Source of the DNA: Octopus bimaculoides
Taxonomy: Eukaryota
Direction: 5' to 3'
Assembly (NCBI RefSeq): GCF_001194135.2
Contig: NC_068981.1
Span: 86,590,751 to 86,654,750, forward strand
DNA length: 64,000 nucleotides
Position 1 is the first letter of the stretch. Each line of letters opens with the position of its first letter. The position numbers and the translations under genes are program-made. Under the pieces are notes generated by a model that was given only the letters and a program-made list of their open reading frames with translations, made no database searches and was not told where the DNA came from. Shown one piece after another: positions 62,320-64,000 of the stretch.

Positions 62320-63140
62320 ATGTGAGGCCCTTGTATGACTCTTGAGTCTGGCGAAAGTTTTGCACATTCTATTACATAATGCATAACTGTGCTGCTAGCA
62401 GAAAGAACTGGTGCCACAGTATGAACTTTTTGGACTTGCCTTTTCAGTCCTCCAATTGAGAGGCACACCATGCCACATGTTACACATGTTCTGTTGTGAA
62501 CAATAGCCACATGGGTCAATTCCTGTGAGTTCTCTGTTGACTGACCAGGCCTGCAAAACTCAAGCACCTCCTCCCACAGATCAAATACACAAAACGCAAC
62601 ACTCCCTCGTTCTCCACAGGTTCATTCCTTCTAAGCTTTCTCCCAATCTTCTTGTGCTTCATTCTCTCTCCCACAAACCCCGGACAACCACTGTGCACTC
62701 TCTTCCTCCATCCATCTTGGTCTTGTGTTCCCCTCTCCCAATCAATAACTGAAATTCTTGTCTGAGTCGGAGCAATTCTGAGGCAGTTCTTGCACCTCAT
62801 TTTGGGTTTATGTGCTGGTCTCCTACCGTCTTCTAGCTCACCATACAGAAGTTGCTTGGGAAGTTTTTCATCATTCATTCTTACCAGGTGTCCATCCCAC
62901 CTCAAATGCCTTAGCAGAATCATTGATTCTACACTTCTACTACCACTTCTCTCAAGTACCTCCACATCACTCATGGCCATTTTCCAATTTATCCCAAGAA
63001 TTTTCCTAAGAAAATAATGACGATATTGTTCAACAACCCAGGTCTCACTTCCATATAGCAAAGATGGCAGGACGCATGTTATAAACCCTAACTTTAATTT
63101 GGAAAGATATACTATAGCATGACCAGAGGCACTTGTCAAT
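62320..63140 (-). mobile_element. Second-family RTE LINE ORF2 C-terminus with three degenerate C2H2-like fingers
   Basis: LPSLLYGSETW..LRKILGINW..LRWDGHLVRMNDEKLPKQLLYGEL..., followed by three CxxC-x12-H-x3/4-H-like units across frameshifts. Confidence 0.85.
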
Positions 63141-63380
63141 TTTACACTACTAGCCTTGCTGATTCTATATGAAATTTCACCAAGTTCCAGCAGTGCTCAA
63201 AGTACTTCCTAAATAAATGAATTTAGTTACAACTTACAACCTTTGACCATTCACAGTTATAGAAGGTCCCACATAAAGCTTAGAGGGGACAGGCTGGTAC
63301 ATTAGAACAGTTTTTTTTAAGTTGATTGTAAAACCCAATGCTGTACATGCTACAGAAATCACATTTATTATGTGTTACAT

Positions 63381-63508
63381 ATCATCATCATCGTTTAACG
63401 TCCGCTTTCCATGCTAGCATGGGTTGGACGATTTGACTGAGGACTGGTGAAACCGGATGGCAACACCAGGCTCCAATCTAATTTGGCAGAGTTTCTACAG
63501 CTGGATGC
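63381..63508 (-). mobile_element. Young 5'-truncated family A tail inserted between the two RTE segments
   Basis: Reverse complement of 25903-26035 with 2 mismatches. Confidence 0.85.
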
Positions 63509-63509
63509 A

Positions 63510-63935
63510 ATGTGCAGAAGCAATCTACCCAGCATTACCCTATAAAGGACCTTTTCAGCAACAACTAACAGACAGATGCCATGAAAATTATCACAGACAT
63601 CCTTTCCACCTTTCGATTAATAGAGTATCTCCACAATTGCATCATGCCAATCCCGAGGAACCACTTCACTATGCCAAACCCTCTGAATCAAATCTATCAA
63701 TATTGTACAGAAATGTTTACCATCATATTTGTATATCTCTGCACCTAATCCATCCATACCAAGAGCCTTTTCATTGTTCAATTTCCTGATTGCTGCTTTT
63801 ATTTCAGCCAGGTTTGGAACCTCTGCTAAAAGATGTTTTGTTGGTCTTTCAGGTATATTACCAAGAACAGAGAGATCAACTTCAGTAGGTCTATTGAGCA
63901 ACTCATCAAAATAAAAGCAGCTACTGGGAAATTGA
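63510..63935 (-). mobile_element. RTE ORF2 segment at the start of the RT domain
   Basis: DELLNRP..PNLAEIKAAIRKLNNEKALGMDGLGAEIYK..WHSEVVPRDWHDAIVEILY, then KGGKDVCDNFHGIS in the next frame. Confidence 0.85.
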
Positions 63936-63948
63936 ACAATGGAAATAA

Positions 63949-64000
<52 letters not shown>

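Overview
This is AT-rich eukaryotic DNA dense in microsatellites and transposons, with about 4.1 kb of N gaps, most of them abutting dinucleotide tracts. The repeat families point to an octopus genome; this is inferred from repeat families I recognise, not from a database hit. They include (ATG)n-tailed RTE-related SINE/LINE ends, tRNA-derived CORE-type SINEs, a second tRNA-derived SINE family, and RTE, CR1-like, Tx1/L1-like, R4/Dong-like and Penelope remnants, plus mariner, hAT and piggyBac MITEs and a Helitron. I cannot name any complete host gene. There is an orphan Q/E/Y/L-rich reading-frame block (minus strand, about 17.5-18.7 kb), three isolated exon-like segments, and a CpG-retaining promoter-like zone at about 60.2-62.2 kb. 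The most interesting signal is a 553-bp non-coding unit at 24.0-24.8 kb. It has a 33-bp terminal redundancy, an inverted copy that spans the unit's end-to-start junction, and a type I minimal hammerhead-ribozyme fold, so it is a candidate Penelope-derived retrozyme or circular-RNA retroelement, and it is fused to a 5'-inverted RTE. Three more hammerhead-like motifs occur at about 5.1, 43.1 and 49.5 kb; the 43.1-kb one carries a compensatory U3-A8 core. Several near-perfect local templated duplications or inversions are also present, two of them beside (TA)n tracts. Repeat boundaries were read by eye and are approximate unless exact termini are quoted.
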